Assembly: GCF_006345805.1 (NCBI RefSeq)
Contig: NC_042999.1
Location: 162,998,001-163,062,000 of the forward strand
DNA from: Octopus sinensis
Taxonomy: Eukaryota
Direction: 5' to 3'
DNA: 64,000 nt
A program made the translations under genes and the position numbers. A model generated the notes under the pieces. That model had not been told where the DNA came from. It searched no databases and saw only the letters and a list, made by a program, of their open reading frames with translations. How positions within the stretch are numbered: position 1 is the first letter of the stretch; every line of letters begins with the position of its first letter. Below, piece after piece: positions 12,801-25,631 of the stretch.

Positions 12801-15110
12801 AATATAAAGTAGTTTGTTTTGCTAATACAACAGCTAAATTCTTATTTCAAATAAACCCTTCATTATGTTCATTGTTGAAAAAAAAAATGCTCCAAGCCCT
12901 AATGTTGTGGCTGATATTACTACAAGCAGAGATAAGATGGTCAACTGTTATTAAGGTGAGGGAATGAACCTTACAAATATGAAATTAAAACTAAATTTTC
13001 TTGAGATTGATAAAGAAAAATCAATACACTCATTAGGAGCTTCACAGAGTAAAAAAAATTTCCAATTTAATTATTACAAAATATATTGACAAGGGCGGTG
13101 CCCCAGCATGGCCTCAGCCGGATGGCTGAAACAAGTAAAAGAGTAAAAGAGTAAAAGAGTAATAATAACAGAAATATTCGAAAATTATTTCACAATAAAA
13201 CCTACGGATTTCTAGACAAAATACATTAGCTAATTTATAGCCTGTCAAAGTGAAATTAGCATATGGATAAGGTACAGGACCAGAGTTAGTGTCAATGTTT
13301 TATGAATCTCTGGATAGGATACTGTCCAGAAGCAAAAACCTCTCTTTTGTAACTTAAATAATCTCCTGCAATTTGTATGGTATGTGCACACACAAACACA
13401 CGATCTGTGTGTGTGTGTGTGTGTGCATACATGAAATTAATAAAGCATATTCTTTTCTGTTCAATTTATTCATTTCTGACTTATGGAGATACTAAGTAAC
13501 CCAAAAGAAGAATGCTTCATATATATATGGAAATGCTGTGACATTCATAAAGTAATCAGGCTATCTGTAATAATTACAGAATTTTATAATTCCTGTAACA
13601 TTATTATTTTGATATAATCACTGTCATTTACAATATTGATAAGCATTTTCTTTTCACCCAAAACCAACATTCATACACTGTCATATACTCGGGTTGGCAT
13701 TCTATAACAATACCATGGTTCTAGGTAACAATAGCTAAATAAGAAACATCTCTCAACTGAAAAGTCACTAATTTGTCAGTATGTAGATGATGCACGTTAG
13801 AGTTAGTGTAGTCTACACACAAAACTACTTCTAAAAGTCAATAACAAATCTACTGATATAGTGGTATAGAATTGGACAACACAGCCTGAATGAGCACTTT
13901 AATCATAGTCCAAGCACACAAGCAACTGGATTTAGAACTTCTTGCAAAATACTTGTTAATTATAGAGTGTATGATGTTCTTTGTGCTGAAATAAGCCAAC
14001 TCATCTATTTGAAGTAAAATAATACTGAATCAAAAAGAATATTTAGCAACCATAAAACACAACATCAGTGATGAGATACAAACTATAAACCAGTTGGTTT
14101 GAAATCTGATAATATTATCAAATCATTCAGCTTCAACTTCACCACAAAATTGAAAATAAACATGCAATGTTTATAAAAATTTTTAAAAGTTCTTCACTTA
14201 CTAATTGTTGTCTTTGTCCTTGCATCTGGAGAGCAAGCAGAATGATCAATCCAAGCTGCATGTTTGAGTTCATCAGTGGATTGAAGGAAACATTGGGACC
14301 AGGGCCGAGAAGACCTGTAACTCAAATGGCCCAAAAAAAATAACAAATCTTTCAATATGCTCACAACAAGTAAATACAAAAATAACACACTTAAACAACA
14401 GTGTAACAAAGGTAACCACACAAAATATAGGCACAAGGCTTGAAATTTGGGAGCAGAGACAAGTCGATTACATCAACCCCAGTGCAAAACTGTTACTAAT
14501 TCTGCCAACTCAGTGCCTTAATAATAATAATAATAATGATAATAATGATAATAAATGCCCTGATGCAGTACCAGGCAGTGGCTCTCATGGCTTCTGATCT
14601 TGACTGATTGGAAGTGTTATCATGTACATTGTTTTGTCTTGGTATAAAAGATGGGCTACAACAAATATTCTACTCAATACCACAGATTTGCTTGTCAGTT
14701 GTTTGACCTTAATCAGTTGAGCATGTCCCTTAGTGGCTGACGATATGTGCATCTCTGATCACGAGCAGAAGTAGTGGGGGAGCATCATAGCCATGTGTTG
14801 AGAGGGATTCTTTGGGGCTTGAATAATTCACCTTTGGAAACAGGGGTGTTTCGTTCAACATCCTTAAACAACCCTTAATCAGGGACCTTTTGAGCGGGAT
14901 GGGTTACCCAACCAGAAGAAAATTCTAACTGGGCCCCACCTGCAAGGTCATGCGCTGTTTATCTTGTTATGAGATCACAATGTCGTGCACATATGGTTGT
15001 GATGCATGTGCCTGGTGTACCCTTATCAGACAGGTAGTCATGATGGGTATATTGGGCTTTGTATATTTTACCCCAGTGTCACTTTGATGGCATGAACTGC
15101 TCTCTCACTC

Positions 15111-15148
<38 letters not shown>

Positions 15149-18100
15149 TAATAACAACAATAATTCTTCCTACTCTAGGCACAAGACCTGAGATTTGGTG
15201 GGGAGGAGTATAGTTGATTACATCGACCATTGCTAACTGGTACTTATTTCATCAACCCAAAAAGATGGAATGCAATGCCAACCTTGAAGTGTCTTGGTTG
15301 GTATGTTAACAATTCTGTTGGCTTATAATAATAATGGTAAACATCGCCCTTTTCAAGCCTAGCCAGGCTCATGGGCCTGGTTTCCCGGTTTCTGTGGCGT
15401 ATGTGTTCTCCCCAGCGGGATGGGATGCCAGTCCATCGCAGCATTACTCAAGAAACAGGAAGAGAGAGTGAGAGAAAGTTGTAGTGAAAGTGTACAACAG
15501 GGGTCGCCACCACCTGCTGCCGGAGCCTCGTGGAGCTTTTAGGTGTTTTCACTCAATAAACACACACAACGCCCGGTTTGGGAATCGAAACCATGATCTT
15601 CCGACCACAAGTCCACTGCCCTAACCACTGGGCCATTGCACCTCCACATAATAATAAAAATAAAGATCTGGAAATAGAGGTAACTCGAATGTGGAGTCTA
15701 AAAACAGAAGCAATTCCTATTATAGTGGGCGCATTAGGTATGATAAAAAAATATTCAGACAAATAGCAAAAGCACCAGGACTAACAAATATATATACATA
15801 CAGAAAATAGCACTACTAGACACTGCACACATCCTATGTAAAATACTTTCAATAAAGTAAAAATAAGAGCATCACAACAAACCACAGCACAGACTGAAGG
15901 CACACAGAGCTGCGCTCGGTAGTGAAGTGAAAGCACATGATAAAAACAACAGGTGTGGCTGTGTAGTAAGAAGCTTGCTTTCCTAACAACATGGGTTCAG
16001 TCCCACTGCATGGCACCTTGGGCAAGTGCCTTCTACTATAGCTTCAGACTGACCAATGCCTTGTGTATGAACTTGGTAGACAGAAACTGAAAGAAACCTG
16101 TCATATACATATCTTTGTGTATGTATTTGTCTTGACAACTGGTGTTGGTGTGTTCGTTTATGTCCCTGTAACTTAGCGGTTCAGTAAAAGAAACCAACAG
16201 AATAAGTACCGGGCTTAAAAAAAAAAGTGCTGGGGTCGATTCATTTGACAAAAAACTCTTGAAGGCAGTGCCCCAGCATGGCTGTTGTCTAATGACTGAA
16301 ACAAGATAATAATAATAATAATCCTTTGTACTAAAGACTCAAGGACTGAAATTTTGGGGGAGAGGACTAGTCAATTACACTGGTACCTCACCATGATGAT
16401 GATGATGATGATAATAACAGTTGTCATCATTATTATTATGAAAAATTTCCTTGATATCTGCGGTACTTGCATATTATCCGCTGTATGCAACCTAGATACC
16501 TAAGGTAGATAATGGATATGATTTTTATCATACACTGGATGATTATATGATGCTAAGAAGCACTAGGACTGGATAAATTTTAAAAAGCACATGTACACAT
16601 GAATGCCCACTAAAAACACTATAACACTATGAAATCTGAGATGACAGTGCTCTTTGCAAAATGTGCAAAGTGCTCATGATGGTTATTTTTTGCATTTCTT
16701 TTAACCCTTTCGTTACTGTATTTATTTTGAGATGCTCTGTGTTTCTTCTAATTATTTTAAATATAACAAAGAATTTAGTAAAATAGCATCGTTATCATTG
16801 AGCTAGTGTTAGGAACATAAATTGTGACTTAGATTTGGTGGAAGATTTGAATTCAAAACTTATGAAAATATAACATTTGTACTAGAGGGCCAGAGCCGGT
16901 TTCAGCCGGGTTGGTAACGAAAGGGTTAAGTATGATTTTCCTAGTATCATATGTATCAAGTGCTCCTATGATAACAAGTATCGTAGTGGTTTTCATCTTC
17001 CATATTTTGGCCATCTCCAGACCTAGGGCTTCATTATTTCATATTTTATCGAGTTCTTTAACTACATAATTGTAGGTTGATATAAATTAGTCTTGAACTG
17101 CAATGATAAACACTAACCTAACACTTCCCAAAACCACTGATGATCGAGTAATTTGACATCAGTTTTGTTGGTGTATGCTAAGTTTTAGTTATATAAGGGC
17201 TTATTAGTGTTGTTCTGCTTCTTCCAGTCATTTTCTTTCCTATCGATTATTTTTGCAGCTTGGCTTGGTGAAGTCTCTCTTGTCTTATCCTCATCATTAT
17301 TTAACGTCCATTTTCCATGCTGGCATAGGTTGGATGGTCTGGCATGAGCTAGTAAGGTCAGGGGCTGCAACAGACTCTATTGTCTGTTTCAGCATGGTTT
17401 CAACGGCTGGATGCACTTCCTAATGCCAACCACTCTACAGAGTGTACAGGATGCTTTTTATGCAGTGCTTTTTACATGGCACCAAGGATGATTTAAAAGT
17501 TTTTTAGATTCTCTTGTGAGACAGAGTACTTGGATTTTTTACTTTCATAGTTTTTAACCAAGGCCTTCATCCAATCAGTTATTGCATTAGGGTAGCTGTT
17601 TTAAGGGACATTTCATGTGAAATAAAACCTGTGCCACCTTCATTCATATGGATGTCAGCTTGAGGATGGTGCATATTGTGTGATGCGGAGAGTTTTTCTG
17701 GTTCTCCCATTCATCCTTTTGATATCTCGGAGAATCCAGTTATCATTATTAATATCATCATCATCATCATTACCACTACTACTATTATAGTGAGAATGCC
17801 TTACAAAAGCTTGTAAACTGGTTTTGATTCCTAGGTGCACCCAATTAATTTCACTTAGAATGCTTATAACTACCCTTGTTTCTAAGTTTTTAGCTGGGGA
17901 CCTAAGTTAGGCATCATCAACAAGACAAAAAATGTAGGATTTATAAATTTTCTCCAAAAGCATTAGCAGTGTAATTTAAACAATTTCAGCAGAAAAATTG
18001 AAACCAGGTCAAACACACTGTCTCTTATTAGTAGTAGCTAGCAGCAATAACCATGCTGCATCATGTTTTCTTTCCAAGTGAAATTTAAAAATTAGAAGTC

Positions 18101-21100
18101 TTTTTTGAGAGCCTCTGTCAGTTTTAGAGTTTCCAATTTTCTCAATCTTTTACATTCCAATAAATAGCTAAATTATCTCGTGTGAAGATGGAAACTAGCA
18201 TAATAAAATAAATTTTGTTTTTATCAGTTTTAAACCCTATTATGACCAAATCTGTAATAAAATAACTTAGAATTCAGAGCAATTAAATAAAATAACCAAC
18301 TTTTTCAATAGTAAAATGGTACTTAGAACATGTCTTTAAAATATTTCACTTAAATTTACCTTGTCACTAAGCAAGAACTTAATATAACTACAATGAAATA
18401 CTTTTTTTAATAATAATTTGTAATCAATGCTTGATTTTTTTTAAAGGTTTTACAAAGTGTTGGAAGGGATAAAGTAAACTTTAATCATAAAATAAAATTC
18501 AGACATATACGAGACAAGCTTACATAATTTTATTTATGTTTCAGCTGAAAGTTTGGAGGGTCAAATAATTAACCGGTTAACATTCAGATTATTCTGTCAA
18601 ATGCAATGCTATATTCACACTATTTTGAATTACTCATGTATTATCTTGCAGCTTTCAGATTTCAATGAAGTGACTGCTTATGTTAGAATAACAAATGTTG
18701 GGTAGGTGTGAGAGGCCAGATCTAGCCAGTTTGAACATAAAACAGGAAAAATATTTGGGCCAGATATGGCTAGTTTAACCCTTTAGTGTTTAAACTGGCT
18801 ATATCCGGCCCATATATTCTACTCATTTTATGTTCAAACTGGCCAGAACCAGTATCTCACACCTACCCTGCAATGTCATTCTAAAAATAAACAATTACAT
18901 CTTTCAAATCTTGAAGCTACAAGATAATACCAGGTTAATTTTTTTAAATGTAAATAAATAAGGATTACCTCTGACATATTAGTTTGAATACTAAAGGGTT
19001 AAATATAATTTCACAGGGAATCCAAGCAAGCAATATTAATAAAATTGAAGTTTTTCATTTATTCATTTTTAAATAAACAAATTTTGAAATCAAAATACCT
19101 GGTTTGGCATTTCTCATGATGGTCTGATGTATGTAGGTTTTCTGAAGTAGCTGAAGAGCTTGGTGAAATTGCTCAAGCACTAAAAGAAAAAGAAAGCCCA
19201 TTTTTATAACACAGTTGGAGAGATATCAAAGAAAAGAATTAAACTTTTGTCATCCTTTTCTAAATTAAAGAATGCTACTGGTTTGAACCAAAATAATTTA
19301 CATCAGTACATAGTTTTAAAATACTGACATATATTGATCAGAATAACAACAAAAAAAACCCCAAAAAACCCTGAGTTGGAGTGGAATTGGCTGTGTCACA
19401 TTACAGTCTTTTTATTTAGTTAATTTAAGCAGTGTTATTAAATTAGTCAACTGTTAATAAATTAGGGTATTCAGCAAGAATTGCTCCATTTATTTATTGA
19501 TTAATAAACACATAAATCTGCATATTTATTCAAACCATTCAAAAATAAAAACAACATTCTCATGATGGAATTAAGATTGTGGGAATTTGAGTTAAATAAA
19601 CGGTTAAAACTTTTCTTTTGCAGACTATGAAAGTTATAAAAAAGCAATATTGTAAATAAATTTAAACTGAACACAGTTATTAGTTACCCTAGCCATATAT
19701 TTCTACTAACACTCAAGCTACACAGGCCAATGAATATGCAGTCACCTGAACTGTGAAGCATAGCAACTAAATCTCACTCCTATGGAGAATGATATACAAA
19801 AAGATGGAAGGGTTATGGTTGATATATTTATCATAATTGATCTGCTCAATCAAGGTTGACCAGGAGCTAAAGAACAATTCAAACCATATCTGCTGTTCTC
19901 CTGAGATGAATCTCTATCCTATAAATCTCTAAACCATCTCCACTCTATACCCCAACTACTTTTGGAAAAAAAGTATTAGCACCTACATAGAAATCACTCT
20001 TCGAACACGGAAGTCAGTAACAGAGACTTCCATTTATTCTGGCAGAAGGACTCTCCTCAATTTCTCTAACTCACTCCCCTTTCAAATTATCCTCCTTGCC
20101 TCCAATTTCTCCAATATGACTGACAAAGGCAAAATCTTTTGCTACTTTTAATTGTTGCATCAGATAGGCCTTCTCAACTAATTATTGGGTACAATTTGAA
20201 CATGGTCAATTATACACTAGCTTATTTAGTAGTATATGCTTCACTCCTGATAGCAAAGTTAATCATCATCATCATCGTTTAGCATCCGCTTTCCATGCTA
20301 GCATGGGTTGGACGGTTCAACTGGGGTCTGGGAAGCCAGAAGGCTGCACCAGGCCCAGTCTGATCTGGCAATGTTTCTACGGCTGGATGCCCTTCATAAC
20401 GCCAACCACTCCGTGAGTGTAGTGGGTGCTTTTTACGTGCCAGGCAAGGCTGGCAACGGCCACGAACGGATGGTGCTTTTAACGTGCCACCGGCACGAGG
20501 CCAGACTGATACTATTCTCCCAAGCGGTTTACATGGAACTGCACTGCAGCTGTATAGGCAAAAGACTGCCAACAGTACATGAAGAAAATCACCTTTCATT
20601 GATTGCCATGACTGCAGAATAACCATCAGAAAGCAAAGGATCGCTTTGTGATTACACAGTATGTAAAAATCACTCACATCCTAAATTGCAGCCAAGCTCA
20701 CTAGTCCCTTTCCATATTAACTATACAAAATTTTTTTACCCATCCACTGCCTAACTCCATGCTGCAACACATAACAAAACTCCTCCTAAATACTCTTTGT
20801 CACTGGATGGAAGCACTCCGTCGGTTACGACGATGAGGGTTCCGGTTGATCCGAATCAACGGATCAGCCTGCTCGTGAAATTAACATGTAAGTGGCTGAG
20901 CACTCCATAAACACGTGTGCCCTTAACGTAGTTCTCGGGGATATTCAGCGTGACACAGAGAGTGACAAGGCCGGCCCTTTGAAATACAGGTACAACAGAA
21001 ACAGGAAGTAAGAGTGAGAGAAAGTTATGGTGAAAGAGTTCAGCAGGGATCACCACCATTCCCTGCCAGAGCCTCGTGGAGCTTTTAGGTGTTTTCGCTC

Positions 21101-24100
21101 AATAAACACTCACAACGCCCGGTCTGGGAATCGAAACCGCAATCCTATGACCGCGAGTCCGCTGCCCTAACCACTGGGCCATTGCGCCTCCACACTACCA
21201 TATGTACAACCACCAAAAGAAGCCATCAGTTATATATTCCCAAAGCTAAGTTACCTTTGTTCTCACCAAACTCTAATTTCTCAGTCTCTATGCTTCGCAA
21301 TCTCCAAAAGAACAACCTCTTTGACCTTCCAACTACCAACCTATTCTTCTCACAGCCAACAGCACAAAGTTGATGGAGACAGTTTTAGCCATCTCTTTTA
21401 TCACTTGGAGCCATTTTCTCAGTAACTATCAATTAGTTTCTATTGGAATATACAGTAATCCCTCGACTTTCGTGGGTGTTACATTCCAAAACACCTGATG
21501 ATAGGTGAAAATTCAGTAAGTACAAAAAGTACTCTTTTACTTGTTTCAGTCATTTGACTGCGGCCATGCTGGAGCACTGCCTTTTAGTCGAGCAAATCGA
21601 CCCCGGGACTTATTCTTTGTAAGCCCAGTACTTATTCTATCGGTCTCTTTTGCCGAACCGCTAAGTGACGGGGATGTAAACACACCAGCATCGGTTGTCA
21701 AGCAATGCTAGGAGGACAAACACAGACACACAAACATATACAGACACGTACATGTATATATACAATATATACATATATACGACAGGCTTCTTTCAGTTTC
21801 CGTCTACCAAATCCACTCACAAGGCATTGGTCAGCCCGGGGCTATAGTAGAAGACACTTGCCCAAGGTGCCACGCAGTGGGACTGAACCCAGAACCATGT
21901 GGTTGGTTAGCAAGCTACTTACCACACAGCTACTCCTGCGCCTATGTACTGTATATTTTTTTTTATTATTTTTATAATTTGTATATATATATATTTTATT
22001 ATAAATGCAAAATAACACCACAGAGGAATCAATGTAAGCTTAAATAATCAACCCCGATATGGCGAGGGATTACTGTACTGAAAACCTGCTTTGTCTCACA
22101 CTTGTCTCTGACTCTTGAGAACTGTAACAGAAGCAATACTGTTGCTCAAGACATTAGCAACACCTAATGTACCTGGCAAGGGACCATAAAATCATATCCT
22201 CTACCTATGGGTTTTGATCGTTTAGATCAGAAGTCTCCTTCTTTCATATTGTCAAGTTTGATGTAATTTGAGTTTATGTCCATACGCTCTTCTTTCTGTA
22301 TATGAATGACCTTAGCATGGTTAAAGCACACACTACTACAGAGATTGTGGAGGCGCAATGGCCCAGTGGTTAGGGCAGCGGACTCGCGGTCATAGGATCG
22401 CGGTTTCGATTCCTAGACCGGGCGTTGTGAGTGTTTATTGAGCGAAAACACCTAAAGCTGCACGAAGCTCCGGCAGGGATGGTGGTGATCCCTGCTGTAC
22501 TCTTTCACCACAACTTTCTCTCACTCTTACTTCCTGTTTCTGTTGTACCTGTATTTCAAAGGGCTGGCCTTGTCACTCTCTGTGTCACGCTGAATATCCC
22601 CGAGAACTACGTTAAGGGTGCACGTGTCTGTGGAGTGCTCAGCCACTTACACGTTAATTTCACGAGCAGGCTGTTCCGTTGATTCGGATCAACTGGAACC
22701 CTCATCGTCGTAACTGACAGAGTGCTTCCATGGCCACTACAGAGATTACACTACCTTTAAGTCCCGTACAATCTTTTATAGATGCAACACAAGCAGTTCA
22801 TGGCATACACAGCTTCAATGAAATGAGACCTCAAAAAAGTCCTTTAATGAAGACATGAAATGGAAACCTAGTCTCCATCTGTACTAAATCGTAATCATTA
22901 AACATGCTAGAAAAACACAAGAGCTAAAAGGACTACGTCAAACACTATGAAAATCATTCATACGAATGTGTGTGTATCATAAAGGCTAAGCATACTCTTC
23001 AGGACCACATTCTTTAGTCCTGGTTAGTTGGAACATTTTAAACTCAGTACTGGTTACTTACACAAATAAGCAAGTATTCTGGATTGGATAATAAAAATCT
23101 GGTAGACTGGGGAAGTATCACACACAAGGCATATTAACACCATGAACCCACAAATGTCATTTTGCCATCTGTTCTACTGCTATTGTAATAATCTATTCTT
23201 CTTTAACTAGCAGGTTACACATCACCTCTTTTCAGGCTCACTTGGTGTCTAACTCTTTCAATGACCATTTCAGCTGATCCCACTCGACCAGACCTGCACT
23301 AAACACTATGCTTGATATTTGCTATTTAGTACAGCATCTCTCTCTCCCCTACATACACCGATTTCAAAATTAACAGTCTCACCAATCTAAGAGAACCTAG
23401 CCAGCAACTAGATAATAATATGAATAATCTGAAGGCTACTTATGGACAACATTAGAAAGTGGAAGAAAGTGTGGTGCAAGTAAATATTTTAATCAGAATT
23501 ATATCCCAGCAAGGAAACTGAGTTCATAACCTAATTTTGATACTTTCAGCTATCTCACTTCACTTTCATCACTAATACTCTTTAGAAAAGTCTCATCATG
23601 TCTCATTTACCCTCTCCCCAAGCTGAGGCTTTGGTGCTTAACTGAAAAATGCAACAAGAAACCAACTAAAAATTCCCCTTTCAGATACATTATTGGTAAT
23701 TTGAGAAAGACATGAATGCTACAACTCTTGTTATCTCTCTCTTAAAAGACACTGACATAACAGAGTTCAGTGCTTCTATCTAATCTTGCTTTGTTGTGTC
23801 TGACCACCCAAAGTTTCAATTTGAATTCAGTTTAGCACTATGATTCTCCACACGACTGACTTCTCTGAGTAGCTCCAACTTAAAACGTTTTTGGTTGTTT
23901 AGCTACTATTTTCAGCAAGGTTGTAAGTTCAAATTCTGCTATCAGCTGCTACAAATTAAGTTATATTATTCAACTTAGTCCAGTCAATGAAATATACTTC
24001 ACAGTTGAGCATTCAGTTCTAAATTTGCAGACCCATCTAAAATCATATTATTGAGCCAAGGGAAAAGACTATAGAAATAACCTGAGGCATTTGAATACCA

Positions 24101-25203
24101 ACAAAAGTATTACAATCAAGGCATTTTTCCCTGGAAATTTCTTTAGAAAATACAAAAGTTTATAGCAATTTTTGTTTTGTTTTGAGGGTAAGTTGCAATC
24201 ACACACAAACAAACACATCAATATAGATTAGGAGGATTTCTGTAGAAGGACTTTCTTCACATGAACACAATGGTTAACTTATTTCTTTTTGCAAACTTTC
24301 CTCATAACCTCTGAGTTAATTTAAGCGATGCAATAACAATAACATAATTAAGGCTTGTAGTATTAAATTTGTTATCTGAAAGTTATGTCTCTAATATGAC
24401 AAAATACATTCATAAAATACATAGGATAAGCTTTGGATTATTGAAATTCCACTGACACACATACATGCATTTTCAATACTTGTTTTATTGCAGGTTACCT
24501 TGGGCAAGATTATTCTACCATAACCTCAAAAGAACAAAAGCTTTATAAGTACAATTGGGTAAATAAACTGTGTATGAGCTGGTCAGAGGAATCCTTCCAG
24601 TTTGTGGGTGACAGACTTAATCCACCGCCTGGCTTAACACTACAACCAGGTTACTGGTGGCCCTCAGCAGAGTCTAATCTGCTGTATACATACAAGCCAG
24701 ATCTCTGGTTTGGGAATAACTTCCTTCCTTTCACCTACCATTCTTTCTGTTCCTGAAAAGGATTACGAGCAATGCTCTTCATTCTCTGTCATCTTCCTTC
24801 ACTCTCAGAATTTTTGGGGAAAAAAAACCAGCTGATTAAATTGACCCCAATATAAGTGATACTTATTTTATCAAACTCAGAATATTAAGATTAGGAGACA
24901 TCAACAAAATACCATAAGGTATTTTGGCCACATTCTATACTATCAGTAAGGATCTACTGATTCACTTTTGCTCTGAATCTGAGATTTATTACAATCTTTA
25001 TATCAATGAAACATTACAATAAGATTATTACTATTACTACTATTAGATTTGGAACTTTCTTCCAGAGAAATATAACTTGCAGGTTTATTTCATCAACCCT
25101 GTTCACAATAGTTTTGATAATAAGAAAAGCAGAAGCTCTAACATGTCTACAAAACTCAACTACTGTCTAACCAAGACATTAAAAGTGATTTTCATAAAAC
25201 TAG

Positions 25204-25243
<40 letters not shown>

Positions 25244-25599
25244 AGAGAGAAAATTCATAGTAGAAGATACTAAAGTTCTCAACAGCAGAACATTTCAAAC
25301 TCACTTGCTTAATTTGGATAAAATACAGTAAATCAACGGTCTTGACTGAATGAAAAAGATCAGAGACCAATGTAGCTGTAGTAGAAGTAACAGAGGGCAG
25401 GCTCAACTGGGCAATGATTCAGCAGTTGGAGACTGATCTATGCTTGTACGCTTTCAAATGTCTGATTCTAATATTATACTAAACAATGGCAATAATGCTG
25501 GTTAGAACATAGAATAAATTTTTAGAAAATGTTCTTTTTATGAATCATCATTAACATCATGCTCACTTTTCAACTTGCACATTTCCCTACATGTTACAT

Positions 25600-25631
<32 letters not shown>

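Noticed and set aside
22347-22420. tRNA-like sequences with A and B boxes (also the heads of families A and D)
   Set aside because: They continue into SINE bodies with tails and TSDs, and I could not form a full cloverleaf with an acceptor stem.
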